DNA of 64,000 nt from Hamiltosporidium tvaerminnensis FI-OER-3-3 (GCA_022605425.2 CM061246.1:682001-746000); one strand, 5' to 3'; counted from the first letter of the stretch, positions 1 through 13,967 are shown. Notes: a model not told the origin generated them from the sequence alone. Program-made: numbers and translations.

Positions 1-720
1 TGTCTTTTGTATTTTTTAAATTTGATAGATTTTAGTTTTAGCGATAATATTTACGAAAAAGAAAATCAAAATACCGAGAAAGAAAATGAAAATGTTGAAA
101 ACACCGAAAATAATTCTAAAATTCTTATCAAAATTGGAGAAATCAAAGCTGAAGAAATATGTAAATTATTATATAAAGACTTAAGATTAAACAAAATGAT
201 GCGGGATATTAGAGTAAAGAAATTAAGAGTTATTTCAGTTCTTAAAAAGTTTTATAATCTGAAACTAAAAATATTTGATTATGTCATGAAAATTGTAGAT
301 CCTAGTAAAGAAGATCTGGGTCAACTTATGACAGTACTTGTAGAGTGTCTTACTCCTGATGAAGCTAAGAAGGGTGTGGACATGGTTCTAGATAAATTTT
401 GTAATTTGGCCAAGGATGATGACATGGTAGTATATGGCCTTAATATTCTTAAAGAAATTTCAGTTAGATTTGATTTAGACGTTATTTCTTACCTTGAAGA
501 TTATAAAAAGTCTAAAAGTAAAGCCGTTGGTTATGCTTATAAAATGTTAGTTAAAAGTTATAAAGAAAAAAAAGTTGTAGGAAACAGATCGTTGTTGTAT
601 GTTCGTAAAAAAGCAAGCGAAGCAAATAAAGAAAATAAAAAAGATTCGACCGAAAAGAAAAATAAATATAAAAATTTTAAGAAAGGTAATAAAAGACGTA
701 AAAATAATAAATTGAAATAA
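1..720 (+). CDS. SDA1: SDA1 ribosome-biogenesis protein, C-terminal part (runs off the left edge)
   Basis: Frame open from base 1. VYGLNILKEISVRF and DYKKSKSKAVGYAYKMLVKSYKE resemble the SDA1 blocks GLNxIREICxR and YKxxKxKxVxxAARSLI; basic NLS-like tail. Confidence 0.75.
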   Translation, partial: CLLYFLNLIDFSFSDNIYEKENQNTEKENENVENTENNSKILIKIGEIKAEEICKLLYKDLRLNKMMRDIRVKKLRVISVLKKFYNLKLKIFDYVMKIVDPSKEDLGQLMTVLVECLTPDEAKKGVDMVLDKFCNLAKDDDMVVYGLNILKEISVRFDLDVISYLEDYKKSKSKAVGYAYKMLVKSYKEKKVVGNRSLLYVRKKASEANKENKKDSTEKKNKYKNFKKGNKRRKNNKLK

Positions 721-3700
721 AGTTTAAATTTTTATAATCTTGAATTTCCATCTGCTATAAAAATTTTTAAGTGTATTTAATAACTATATCATGGGAATTT
801 TTCTGTTATATTGCTTATTTCATCTCAATATTTGTTTTTTGGTTTTTTTAAATATTAAATATTCTTTTATACTTTATATTACCACGTTTTATTATATTCT
901 TGTTTGAATATTCTTAAAAATATACAACGTCAGATGATTTTCTTGATTATTTTGACATTTTATTGTTTTTTATGAACACATTCACTTGTAGTTTTATCAA
1001 TATTATTCATAATATTTTTTAGTCACAATTATTTCGCCAAAAAATAGAAATATACCTTTTTAAAGAATAATGATCGTTATTAAGTCTAATTTTCGATTCA
1101 TTTGTATTTAATGAATATAAAATTGAATTTACCCACTTTGAATAGTTCCATTTTGTGTACTTGGTTCTCAGATAATTTTTATAGATGGTATTCCTCAATT
1201 TTCCTTGTTTATTACTTTTAAGCAAAAATGACCCGCGATTCCTTTTCTGCAACATATTATTTATAAATATTTTGTATTTGCAATTTTTTTAGGTTTAGTT
1301 CAAAATATTACCATATCATCAATCCTAATGTCTGCTCCAAATAATCCCGATTCCCTTTAAGAATTTTCTAACATTTTTAATAAAAATTTGTTTTACTTCC
1401 TAAAATTATAGTTCTATATAGAAATAAGATCTTTATGTCAATTTTTTTGATTGTAATATTAAATATGGTTGCATATCAGTATCTTTAATAATTAATTTAG
1501 ATAAGTATAGTTACAAAAAATTTAAAGTTCTAAAAGCTCTTAAAGCTTTATAATACTAGGATTAAAATGAAATATTAAAGTTACATTTCAGATATTTTTA
1601 TTCTTAGACAATTTTAAGAAAAAATTCAAGTGAAAACCTCAAAATTTCTATTTTATTTAAATTTTAGTAAAATTTTCAGCGTTTACCATTTTTTTTGGAA
1701 AAGTTTTCGAGTTCTTCTACGATATGGTTTTTATACAAAGATATTTATAACCAATATGATAATTTAATAATCTTGTTGGTTGCAAAAAAAGGAATTAAAT
1801 AATCGGTTTTTCATTATCAATACCTTACAAACATGTTTATTTCTTTCTTCTAAGAAAATCCACGGCTTTATAGTTGTTTGCCCTAAATATATCAACTATA
1901 AGATTTTCCTAATAACATATATTTTACGATTAAGGTCTCTCATGATTTATTATACTTTATACTATTTTTCATTTAAATCTAAAATTTTAAGATTATATGG
2001 CATCATATAATTAGAAAAATACCTTGTTTTATGACAAAATAGCTATTAAATAATTTTAGTCATTAATTTTGGTCGGGAAATTTCTAAGCCTGTTAGATAA
2101 GAAAATTTTTACACTTCTAAACAAACTATAAATACTGCATATTGTCAGGTTTACTTCTTTTATTTGACATTTTTTGTATCTAACTTACAATTATCAAAAA
2201 TATTCTTGTTATAATTTTGAGATTTTAGTATGAGTATATACAAATATAATTTTCGCATATGGATTATAATGTCTTTAAATAGAGAATGGTTTGTGTCGAA
2301 ATCTCAAATAAAGATACGTCGCTTTGAAAGAAAATAACAATATAGAGAATAGCAATTATGGCTTTAATTTAATGATAGCGTGCTTTTTGGTTCTGTTTTG
2401 AGGACAGCGGTATTGCTTTCTTTCGTTTGATTGTTGATGCATGTTTTTTGATGGAGTGGAATTTATTCAATTTATTTTTCTAGAAATTTTTACTCCAATT
2501 GTTTGTGTATTCAAAGTTGTATTTATATGTGTCATTTCTGTGTATAATTTATTGGCTTTTGAGCTATCTAGTACCTTTAAAAAGGATTATACAGAATAAA
2601 TACTATATTCGTGTTCCAAATTAATACATTTATTATACGTCTAGGTGCTTAAAATTACTAATATGATTTTAATTTTGCTTTATTCAAAAAAATAGATCTA
2701 TAAATTAAATTTCTTTTGGAAAAATTGTGGATATAATAATACTAAAATTATGTTTTAATATCTTATTAACAAGCATTTGCTACATAAAACTTTGTATTAT
2801 GCTTGAAGAAAAAAGAATATCGTAATAAATTTATTTCCGTGTTTTATTTTTTGGCTCTACTAATCAAATAATATTTTTTTTTACTAAAAACAAATAATTA
2901 TGGCTTTATTTACGTATTAGATTGTATATATTTGATATATACTCATTGAATTGTATTAAAAACTTGCTAATAATTCTCTCTGAGATGAAAAGCACATTTA
3001 AAAATTAAATAATTTAATCAGATGTTTTCTGTAAAAGCTTTTTATAATGTTTAAATAGTCTTAAAAATAATTATATATTTCAATTGATAATATTATAAAT
3101 ATGATTTATAACACCTATTTTATGTATTTGTGGAAATCAATGACTCTACAATTGAAACTTCCAAGCCCAAAAAATTTTTAAATCTTTACGAGCTAAATTA
3201 AACATCAATTTATTAAATTTTACCATTTTATTGCTATAATTAAATATTGATCTAAATATATAGAAATATAATGATATTTATCATATAGAAAACAACTGAA
3301 ATACCTTAGAGATTATATTCATCTCAGATTTTATCAAACCTGTGGCCTAGCCATAGAATTTCTTAGGATATTGTAATCCAAATTCATTTGTATACACTAT
3401 AAGAGCCCTTCTCTAATAATGTAACCTAAATATACTCGTTCTCCATGATTTTACATAAATAATTTAAATACGACTTATTTACCCTAAAAATACAAAGCAA
3501 AACTCTTTTCTCTATAAATATATACGTTATATATAGCTATAATATCCGTAATCGACTTTAGGTTCTAGAAAATTTAATTAAATTTACAAAAAAATATTTC
3601 CTTTTAAAATTATAAGATTCAATTTTGCAAGTGAGTAATCCCCTGATCATAATTTTTTATTGTTTTTAAGCCATATATTTATCATATTGCTGTTTTAAAC

Positions 3701-5753
3701 TTACTCTAGATTAATTTGAAGCGTTCCCTCGTCATTAAATACCCACGCTACGTCTACAGATATTTATAAGATCATTAATATTTTTCTTTCAATACTTTTA
3801 GCTTAGGTATAAACAAATGATTTGGAACGAAGAGGTTTAAGATACTTTAAGCTGTGGTTTGATGAAATAAAGTTTCTCGAATTTTATTTTTGAAACAAAC
3901 AGTTCTTTATATTATTATTTTTTCATTGAAATTATCAGAAATGAATCCTCGAGACCATCGATATATCCAAAAATCAATTCCCTCAGTCATACGAAAAATT
4001 TCTCTATCTTTGCATTTGGTCTGCTTAAATAGGAACTTACTTTGAGAAATATATATTGATAGCAAAATTAAATTTATTTTAAATTTATTGAAAACTTATT
4101 TCTTACTTTCTTCAACTGTTTTAACCAACACTAATAGAAATATTTAAAATATTATTGATTCTTAAGCTTTACTATATTTGAACCTTTGTAACTAGTTTAG
4201 AAAAATGTATTGGAAATTTAATATAAAAAAATTTAAAAGCATCTTGTTGTTAAGGCGGTGGAATCAAATTAAATTTTATTCGGATAGAAAAATGAATGTG
4301 GTGATTTATCTTCATAGGGTTTGTTTGGCGAGTCTTTGCTTTTTAATATTTTGATTGAAGCTTCTTTAACTCTAAATATTTTGTATATTCGTATATTTTT
4401 TTAGTCTTTCTTATCATAATTTTAATCTGACCTTGAGCAATTTCTTAATAAAAAAAATTAAGTTATTTTTTAATCAGCATATTCCCTCGCTTCTGTTTTA
4501 TTTGCTTCTAAATTTTGGCGTGGTTTTAGCTGATTATTTACATTTTTCTCAGGCAATTTACGATCAATTTTTATCGCATTCAAAATTTTCTTCATTAGCC
4601 TTACATTATGTGAAGATTTTCGTTTCCTAAAAAAACTTTTGCGGGTATGGCATAATATATTAGTAAATTCAATAAAGCTATAAGTTCTCTGTTCTTTTTT
4701 TGAGGATGTTTTAATCTAACCAAGTATAAAACACCATGATGTATTCTCAAAGAATTTTTTGTAAGTAATTACTATTGAGGTGTAAATAAATAGATGGAAA
4801 TGTCATTAGAACATTTATTCTATTCATCTACAAAGAAAAAATAGTTTAAAAATAAAATATTACACAAGGTGGTTTAGATTGAATATTACCTTAAATAGTA
4901 AAATACATATTAATTACAGCTTTCATTATACTATACTAACTCTATAAAAATAATGTTGAACAATATATATTTTAACAGTTTTTGAAACAATAAAAGGTTT
5001 TAAAGTGTTTTATTTTTTACTTCTCCATACTAATATTAGTTGTTCTAGATTTATAAACAAAGTGAATGAGTCATATGCTTAATTGTAACATTTTATAGTG
5101 TCATTATTATACTTGTTTGACATTAAAATATTTGAGTTTCTTCGTTTTTATCGTAGAAAATATCTCGATTAATATAATAGATTAAGTAAATTTTTTATCT
5201 TTAAATACATTTTAATCGAAATTATAAATTAATTCGTTAGAAATATAAAAAGAACAATTTTCTAAATATAAATAAAAAGTGTGAAACGATTGATTATAAA
5301 TCTTTAATATATAAATTCGATATTAAATTTTCGTTTGCTTAATTATTTATTATTAAAAAACATTTAAGACAATGTTTGGTATTTTTAAAATTTCAAGGAA
5401 ATTGCTTAGAATTTTTTTCATTATAAATGTATTTTGATTAAAAATATATTAAAATCTAAATTAAATATTTCTTTATATTTTCATTAAATTTAAATTTTTA
5501 AAAAAAACGAGTCATAGTATTGGCCAATAAATGTTTAAAGAAAAATGAATTTTGTTTTCTCCTCATCATATCTTTGTTTTTGATTTCATATTTATAAATA
5601 TTTGGTTAGTTTTAAAAAAGTCTAGAATATTTTTTAGTAGCTGATTTGATATTAATAGTTTACCAATTGTAAGTAAAATTCGAATGTTAAATTCTAGAAC
5701 CAACAATTTTAAAATAAAGGTATAAATAATTATTTTTTGTAAAAAAAATATAT

Positions 5754-6455
5754 ATGTTGAATACTCGTGAAAAAGAGGATGAAAAGACATTTTTAATTGC
5801 ATTCAAGGAAATATATGGGGACTATCCAGCAACCAATAATGGATATCAAACATTTTTAATTGATAAAAGAAGTGAGTTTAGGGCATTATCTAAAGCTTTT
5901 GGTATTTCTTCTGTATTTTTATTCCGATCAAATTTTTTTATTAAGAAATATTCATCAAAACTGTTCGATTTTAAAGATAATTTTAGGATAAAATTGAAAA
6001 GAAATTACAGAAATGTTTTTTATAGAAAAATGGATTTTTTGATCACATTGGATACACATTCATACTATAAATCTGATGTTGCCATATTTATAGGATATAA
6101 CAAATGTGACTTTGAATTTTTCTACGATAAAAACTGTAAATCACCGATACCTGACTGTTTAATAGATTTTGTTGATGATATTGAATTTATTGATTCTGAA
6201 ATACTCGAATTATATCAATTATTTCTAAATTACAATCCATCCTCTGTTGTATTATTTTTTGATACAAAAATGGAAAAATTTCTAATGCTATCCTACTCAG
6301 ACACAAACTTATTTAAGAAAAATAGTTTGGAAAATTTAGCAAGTATTCAAGAAGTTAAATTAGATACACCAATTCGACTCAAAAATATCGATATCGGTTT
6401 CGAAAATATTTTATTTGATATTCAAAAACCAATTAAACCACGATTAAATCTTTAA
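5754..6455 (+). CDS. hypothetical protein, 233 aa
   Basis: Uninterrupted 702-bp ORF in very AT-rich DNA; no recognised motif. Confidence 0.65.
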   Translation: MLNTREKEDEKTFLIAFKEIYGDYPATNNGYQTFLIDKRSEFRALSKAFGISSVFLFRSNFFIKKYSSKLFDFKDNFRIKLKRNYRNVFYRKMDFLITLDTHSYYKSDVAIFIGYNKCDFEFFYDKNCKSPIPDCLIDFVDDIEFIDSEILELYQLFLNYNPSSVVLFFDTKMEKFLMLSYSDTNLFKKNSLENLASIQEVKLDTPIRLKNIDIGFENILFDIQKPIKPRLNL

Positions 6456-7099
6456 AAACATCCGTTAGATTATATTTTTTTGTGTATATTTTTTCACTAA
6501 AGAATGTAATTTCCTAATATAGTTTTTTAAATATTAAATAAATTAATCAATACAAAAATTTACTTAAAAAACAATCTAATTGATCAATAATTAAATAATA
6601 TTAAAATATAAAAGAGAATTCAAAAAACTTTTTTTTCTTAATAATTCATGGCATAGTAATATATTTATATCTAAATCATATATTTAGATAATATTTTTGT
6701 TAAATTCAACTAGAACTAGTTACTTTAAATATAATATTTTTGCTGAATATGAGTTAAATACTATTTAAAGATTTTATTTGTAGGAATAAATATTTAGACT
6801 ACAAATGAATATTGTATTATACATCTTACTAGGCTTAAAACTTTTATAATGTTTAATGATAATAATCTAAATGAGAAATTTCTACTACTTTGCAATATAT
6901 TATTTACTATATAAGTCAATTACTTAAATAAATCATATTAATAAAATTAAGATTTAATTATCGATGTAACCAACAGTACTGAGAAAAAGTGGCACTTAAA
7001 ACAATCCAAGTATTTCATTCTACATAAAAAACATCATTACAAGCGTAAATGTAAAATTTAGAAATAAAATGTTAAAAATCGATACAAATATAAAGAAAA

Positions 7100-7513
7100 A
7101 TAAATCGATTAATACAAGAAACAAGAATACCAAGTCTATTTATAAAAATTTCTGGTAAAAATTATTTATTTTCGTTAAAATAATCATCAAAATATCTATG
7201 AGAATTTAAAGATTTAGCACAGAAATAAAAATATTATGAGGACTCAAAAATCTAACCAGAATGGTTCGAATATTTATATTCTATATAAACAATATTCTTA
7301 GATGTTGATATTTGGGCCAAACATATGGTTGAAAGAAATTTTTAACAATGAAAAGAAATCAAACATTTAGTAGAGAAGAATTAAAAGAGGCATAAAAAAT
7401 GGTTTGATATATTTGATTAAATATTCAAACACAAAAATCTTATATATAAAATATCATCCTATCGATTAGAGTCATAAAGTGCAAGAAACGGATGTTTCCA
7501 GAGAAAAATATAA
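7100..7513 (+). pseudogene. possible heavily decayed Tc1/mariner (IS630-superfamily) transposase C-terminus
   Basis: Fragments across frames (GKNYLF, DIWAKHMVERNF, TFSREELKEA, SSYRLES.SARNG) are co-linear with Tc1 C-terminal motifs (FQQDN, IENLW, EELKEAI, SMPRRLxAVIxAxG). No TIR found. Confidence 0.3.
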
Positions 7514-10016
7514 CTGTAAAGTCTTACTTATAAAAATTTTATGAATTGAGAAGTTACCTATTCACTCACTGGTCTTAGTTAGCCAAATGTATTTTCATTC
7601 TTACATATTGTGCATATTGTTACACATTGAATGACTTATGGCTTTAGTCAAGTTATTTACAACTTTAGTATTCACAGGATTTTATCAGTAGAAACATTTT
7701 AGACCCCAGCATATATAGCTGTTTATCTTCGTTTTTCTTTAGCATTTAAGCCTGAGGCTATCATTTGCAAATGAAATAACAAAAAAAACGTATAATCGAA
7801 ATAAAAGAAGTAAAACAACAAAATAGTTGTCTAAATAAAAAGTATCAACAGAATTAAATTCGAAATGATTGTTTTCAGTTTCAATAATTAATTATCACTC
7901 GATAATAGTCGTATATATGATTTAAACATCATGAAAAGCATATGATAATCTCTAGAATATGAATGATGATCATAAAAAGTTTAAGATAGAAAATAAAGTA
8001 CCGCAAATATTTTCTTTGTATCGGTAAAATAAATTATATATTTCCCAAAACAGAGGCTGATTATATAATTTACGGTAATATTACATTTACATTGGCTCAT
8101 AAATTGAAATTAATGGCAAAATTTTGATTAGAAAATAATTCGCTAATTTTTTTTAAGAAATTGTGTTGTAAAACGTTATTACTTATATATGTTTTTCTTG
8201 AAATAGAATAAATTAAAAAATGATATGCGTTAAAATTTTAGGATGATATCTCTAGTCCTATCATATCATCAAAATATAACAATTAAAGATAATTTGACTT
8301 AAACATATAATTTAAGAAGTATAATACGCTTTTTTTATTTACTTAAACAAATAATTTTTGCCAGTGTAAAGCGATACTGTGACTAAATTCAAAATATTAG
8401 TTGAGTTAGCTGATGCATCGAGACAATTCAGGAAAGGATATGAATATACTAGAATGGATCATATAAATTGTCTAGTTATTTTGATTGAAGATATTATATA
8501 CAAATACTTGCGTTCTATTCTCGCAGGGAATACTATTTTAAGCGGAGAAAAATTTAGGATCTTTGCTGAATGATAACTAAATATTCTAAAGAAAATTGTA
8601 TAAGAAAAGTAACAAACAATAAACAATGGACGAAACCATATATCTAAGGTGCTCGTGTTCAGATTTTCTGCTGATTTAGCCAAGAAATAAACAGGGATAT
8701 AGAAATACCTCTATCTAGGCATATTCGCTTTCGCAGGCGCCAAATATACAGATATATCGAAGATTTAAGTAATCATATTTGTGCGAATTTTAGTTTGTAT
8801 ATAAAGTAAAATGAAAAATGAGTAGATTGAAAAAACACAAGCTGATAAGAAACCTACTATACACAAGAGAAAGAATTAGTGGTGATTAAAATATAGCATA
8901 AAATCAAGGTTGCAAACTAAGAGAACTTAATCAGTTTGACTCTTGTAAGCAATCATTCAAAAAATTCAAATAAATATGTATCTAAATATATGCAGGGCGT
9001 AGGTGTTAACGATACCATTATATGTATTAAGAGAAAGAATATCTAGTCAATGACAGAGGAATATTTTGCTAAATTTAAAATTAAATTTTATATTCAATGC
9101 AGAAGGCAATTGCTGCACAGTTTATTCTTCAAATTATGTATAGCATTTGGAATAAGATGAAAAATACTCAATACACTATATTATGTTTCCCAGTGAAGTT
9201 ACTCAAATCCACTTCTTTAATAGATAAAAGTAAGTATATAAAACGAATTAAGAGAGTCACACTGATCCCAAAATTATTCTAAAAGAGTATTCCAAAAATA
9301 AGAGAGACTACCATATTTCAACATATATTACAGTGAATAATTAAAAGATGTATATTTTTTTATAAATAAATTAGTAAAGATTGTCCCCTATCGAGGTTGG
9401 ACCTATTGTTCCAAATTGGCTTAAAATAGGTTAGATAACGTTTTTGGTATTAATTATAAATGATTTAATGAGATGAACTCTACAGTGATAGTGTATAACT
9501 GTATTTTAACTAACTACGAAAAGATATACCTTAATAAGCTTTGAGCACGGTCAAAATAGAGGCATAAATTTAGTCGATAGTCTCTAAAAGGCAACCAAAA
9601 CTTTCGCGATGATTAAGAAACCATTGTTCAAAATATCAAAACACGATTAGAGCATTGAATAAACACACAAGAATATTTTAGAAAGAACAGAGACACACGA
9701 ACAATACTCAATATCGGTACACAAACTACAAAATATAGATTAGCACACATGTAAAAACCCATTTACTCCAATATTTTATTGATTCTCAACAATATTTGAA
9801 CTCAAAATTAGAAATAACAATAATATTTATGTGGTTTAATATACAAATAAATCTATATTAATCACAAAAGTCAGTATTCTAAACTTATTACAAATGCGGT
9901 TTCCCGAGATAAACCTAACATATAGGTTCGTTTCAAATATCACATGCTTCAATTAATATTTTTTTTAATTTCCCATCCATTCACTCTTCAAAAATACAAA
10001 TAACTCAAGCAATAAG

Positions 10017-10220
10017 CCTCAAGTAAGAAATATCAAAACATATTTTTTTCTTATCAAACAATCTTCATCAAAAAAATACTTAATACCGATCCTCAAGTAA
10101 GAAATATCAAAACACATTTTTTTCTTATCAAACAATCTTCATTAAAAAAATACTCAATACCATTCTTAAATAAAAATATCAAAACATATTTTATTCAAAT
10201 CAAACAATATTCACTAAAAT
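10017..10220. repeat. tandem duplication, 74-bp period (2 copies plus a degenerate third)
   Basis: cctcaagtaagaaatatcaaaaca at 10017 and 10091. Confidence 0.9.
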
Positions 10221-10549
10221 AAATATTTTCTTTTATTTTCTTAAAAATATAAAACACAATTTACCCAAACATATTCTAATCAATAAATTGCCATAAAAAC
10301 CTTCATTTAAATCTTTTATCTTAAATCAACTTTTTTATAACTTAAATCATCAAAAAAAAGTATTTAATTTACAAATATAATTTATTTTTCAAATTTAACA
10401 TTTTTAAATTACTACATACAAGAAATCGAACAATAATACTTACAATTTAAATAAATAAAACCAAGTTTATTACCATTAAAACAGATATTAAACAATTTAT
10501 TTTTATGAGTTAAATTAAATACAAAAGAAATATAAATTTCTAGAGGTAA

Positions 10550-10842
10550 GCAACAGAATCATATCAACACAAATACAAATTAAATACAAATTTTCTTACA
10601 ATTATATCATCATTTTAACGGTAAAAATTAGAATCTAATCATCCCAAATACAAATTAAATACAAAATGGAGACAAATTATAACCAAAAGGATATAGAATC
10701 GATCTCAATAAAAATACAAATACAAATTAAAAGGCAACAGAATCGATCTCAATACAAATCAAAAGAAATGGAATCGTACTCAATACAAATATAAATTCTA
10801 ACCAAAATGAAACAGAATCGTATACTCAATACAAATACAAAT
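10550..10842. repeat. degenerate ACAGAATC..CTCAATACAAAT repeat array upstream of SIN3
   Basis: About six spaced copies of gaatc followed by aatacaaat(acaaat). Confidence 0.7.
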
Positions 10843-11096
10843 GCATAAAGACACTAATAAAACAAGAAAATTCTATTACCAATAATTTCTTATACAGTTA
10901 TCTCATATAATTTTATTCATAAGAAATATAACAAATTAAAAAAAAATAAATTACAAACAACAACCAATAATTATTCTCTTTATATCACACATTTAATAAA
11001 TTATACTTTATAATTACAAAACAATATCCTTCTTGAAACAATTTATATTTAAAAAAAAAATAAATATAAAAAAATTTACCCATAAAAAAAAAGGAA

Positions 11097-13709
11097 ATGG
11101 TTAAAGATCAAGAAAAGGAGAGAAGTACGCACACACCGGATTATACAGAAAAAAAACGTATTTATCCTGAACCTTCACCTTCTAGATATTCTGGTATTCC
11201 TGGTAATGTAATGATACGTCCTGGACCACCACCAGTAAAGTTTGTACCGCGAATGTCCAAACCACCAAAAACTGAGGAACCAGATTTAAATGATGCTCTT
11301 ATGTATCTCACACAGGTGAAAGAAGAATTTAAAGGAGATAATAGTTCGTATGATGAGTTCCTAGAAGTGATGAGAGATTATAAACAGTCTAAATTGGATG
11401 CAGCAGGGGTTGTGTCTGCTGTGTCTTCACTTTTTAGAGAAAGAAAGCATTTAATTCAAGGATTTAACGATTTTCTACCAAAAAATTATCGTATCGATTT
11501 AGAAGCTCCTCCTCATAGAATTCCTCTTCCTCCAAAACCATATTATGATTCTTATAAACGCCCAATACCTCCATTTGCCAGACCACCTTTTAAACCACAA
11601 GAAGATGATCCTCATAAACAAAGGATGGCATTCGATTACATAAAAAAAGTAAAAAGAAGATTAGAGGCCACACCAGAAATTTATAGTAATTTTATTCAGA
11701 CACTTAATAGTTATCGCAATACACAAGAACCAACCCATCAAATAGTTACACGAATTAAAAAAATATTATGGGACCATCCGGATCTTATCGATGAATTTAT
11801 AGAATTTTTACCTTCTCATCCTCATCCTCCTCCACCTCATGGAAAAGATAGAGAGAGGCAGGAATCTTTTGAAAGAATTAAACTCATAATGAAAGAAAAA
11901 GGAATTTATTCTGAATTTTTAAAATGTTTAAATCTTTATAATCAAGATCTTATTCAAGGAAAAGATCTTTTATTTTTGGTTCGTCCATTGATTAGACAAG
12001 AAAATCTTATTGATTCTTTTAAAGAATATTTAAATTATAAAGAAACAGACATTCCACCTTCAACTTTCAAAAATTTAAGTACTTATAATAAAATAGGAAG
12101 TTATCGTATTTTACCTGATAAATATCGAACTGTACAGAAACATGAAGTTCTTAATACTATTTGTGTTGGGTGTCCTACGTTTTCATCTGAGGATTCTAAT
12201 TTTGTTACTCATAAAAAAAATATAAATCAAGAGGCATTATTTAGGGTGGAAGATGAGAGATATGAAGCAGAAATGATTATACAGAGATGTTACAGTCTAA
12301 TAACTGCATTGGAAGGTCTTTTTATGAAAATTACTGATGATTTGGGTTTGAAGACAAATATTTTAGAGAAAAAAATGGAAGAAAATGAGAATCAAGATGA
12401 AGAAGAAAAAGTGGAAAATAATGAAGATGAAGAAAATATGGAAAATACAAATTTGGATATTTCTATTGAAATAGATGAGATAGATATGCCACCAGCACTG
12501 ATTTTAGAGGTATTGAATAGAATTTATGGTGATAAATCACCGGAAATACTCGAAGGGTTGCTTTACAGACCGTTTGTTTCAATACCGGTGGTTTTGAAAA
12601 GACTTTATCTTCTTTCTAAAAACTGGAAGCGACAAATCCGAGAAAGAAATAAACTTTGGCGTGAAATCGTTGTTAAAAACTTTTATAAAGCATTGGACGT
12701 ACAAAGCATTGATTTTAAAGCAAATGAAAAGAAAGTTTTGAGTGAAAGAATATTCTTAAGAACTTTAAGAGAAGAAGGATTTACAAGTAAAATTGTAGAA
12801 AAAACGGTTTTAAACGATTTAAAGGAGCTGTTGGGTGTTTTAATAAATAACCTGGAAGACAACGAAGATGAAATAAATTCATTTTTTAAAGAACTTATTG
12901 AAAAATTGGGAAATGACGGACATTTTTATGGAAATGGAACTTTATGTGTTATAATACGTCTTTTATTATTATTTGGTGAGCGTATTTATGAAGTAGGAAG
13001 TATTTGTATGAAATACGAAGAAATAATTCATCTCGTTAAAGATTTTCTGTCTCAAATTATAGATTATGGTGTATTTGAAGACAAAATGCGTATAATTACG
13101 GGATGTAAAGGATATAAGTTAATTACTGCTGACAAAGTTTTAAACAAAATTCTTAGACTTGGAATTTCTATGTTAAAAGATGAAGAAGGTCGTGAAGTTG
13201 TAAAAGGACTTGGTGTGGAAATAAAAGGTATTGAGGATGTGGTTGAAGAGATAAACGAAGAGTCTGGTAATATTGTAGAATCTATAAGTGTAGAAGAAAA
13301 TATTAATCAAACAAATGAAAGTGTCAGTGAAAATATTGAAGAAAGCATAGAAGAGAGTGAAGAAGGTGGAATAGAAAATAATGAAGAAAATACAGAAATT
13401 CCGAGTAATTTAAGAGGAGATGTTTACAAGGTTTTAATTAAAGGAAATCAAATTTCTATGGTTAAAACTGCTTCTGAAGTAAATGATTTTAAGAAATACA
13501 TTGAAAGTTTTATAAAATTAGAAGTTAATGAAGATTTTGTTAGAAATAATGTTTTTGTTTCTGTTGACTCTAAAAGAAAAATGAGTGATTCTTATATTAA
13601 TTATGGTATTAAGTGTAAGGTTGGTGAGGGTTATAAATTACATTTTGTTGAGGAAACAGAGGATTTTTTGATGAAGAAAGGTGTTAAAAGAGGGAAATCT
13701 GTTGAGTAA
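11097..13709 (+). CDS. SIN3: Sin3 transcriptional co-repressor (HDAC scaffold)
   Basis: Three PAH domains (LNDALMYLTQVK...LIQGFNDFLP; AFDYIKKVK...LIDEFIEFLP; YSEFLKCLNLYNQ) and the HDAC-interaction region (SYRILP, KNINQEALFRVEDERYE); CCC upstream of ATG. Confidence 0.95.
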   Translation: MVKDQEKERSTHTPDYTEKKRIYPEPSPSRYSGIPGNVMIRPGPPPVKFVPRMSKPPKTEEPDLNDALMYLTQVKEEFKGDNSSYDEFLEVMRDYKQSKLDAAGVVSAVSSLFRERKHLIQGFNDFLPKNYRIDLEAPPHRIPLPPKPYYDSYKRPIPPFARPPFKPQEDDPHKQRMAFDYIKKVKRRLEATPEIYSNFIQTLNSYRNTQEPTHQIVTRIKKILWDHPDLIDEFIEFLPSHPHPPPPHGKDRERQESFERIKLIMKEKGIYSEFLKCLNLYNQDLIQGKDLLFLVRPLIRQENLIDSFKEYLNYKETDIPPSTFKNLSTYNKIGSYRILPDKYRTVQKHEVLNTICVGCPTFSSEDSNFVTHKKNINQEALFRVEDERYEAEMIIQRCYSLITALEGLFMKITDDLGLKTNILEKKMEENENQDEEEKVENNEDEENMENTNLDISIEIDEIDMPPALILEVLNRIYGDKSPEILEGLLYRPFVSIPVVLKRLYLLSKNWKRQIRERNKLWREIVVKNFYKALDVQSIDFKANEKKVLSERIFLRTLREEGFTSKIVEKTVLNDLKELLGVLINNLEDNEDEINSFFKELIEKLGNDGHFYGNGTLCVIIRLLLLFGERIYEVGSICMKYEEIIHLVKDFLSQIIDYGVFEDKMRIITGCKGYKLITADKVLNKILRLGISMLKDEEGREVVKGLGVEIKGIEDVVEEINEESGNIVESISVEENINQTNESVSENIEESIEESEEGGIENNEENTEIPSNLRGDVYKVLIKGNQISMVKTASEVNDFKKYIESFIKLEVNEDFVRNNVFVSVDSKRKMSDSYINYGIKCKVGEGYKLHFVEETEDFLMKKGVKRGKSVE

Positions 13710-13826
13710 AAAATGTTTTAATTTCTTTTTTAATTTTTGTTTTTGATGAAGAAAGGTGTTAAAAGAGGGAAATCTGTTGAGTAAAAAATGTTTTAATTTC
13801 TTTTTTAATTTTTTGTTTTTGATGAA
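13665..13826. repeat. 75-bp tandem duplication covering the last SIN3 codons, stop and 3' UTR
   Basis: gatgaagaaaggtgttaaaagagggaaatctgttgagtaa at 13670 and 13745. Confidence 0.95.
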
Positions 13827-13967
13827 ATAATTTTTTAATTTATAGAATTTTCTTTTTAAATAGAAATTGTTTTTTCAGGAGGATTTGTTTTTAAAATTAT
13901 ATTTTTGATACAAATATGGTTTTTTAGTAAATCGAATTTTTATGGAATTTGGATTTTAAAGTAAAAA

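Noticed and set aside
1019-1380. Gypsy RT remnant (minus-strand IDDMVIF)
   Set aside because: Single motif without supporting neighbours.
8379-9000. Decayed ABC-ATPase (LRSILAGNTIL)
   Set aside because: No Walker A/B or signature motif recoverable; one short resemblance only.
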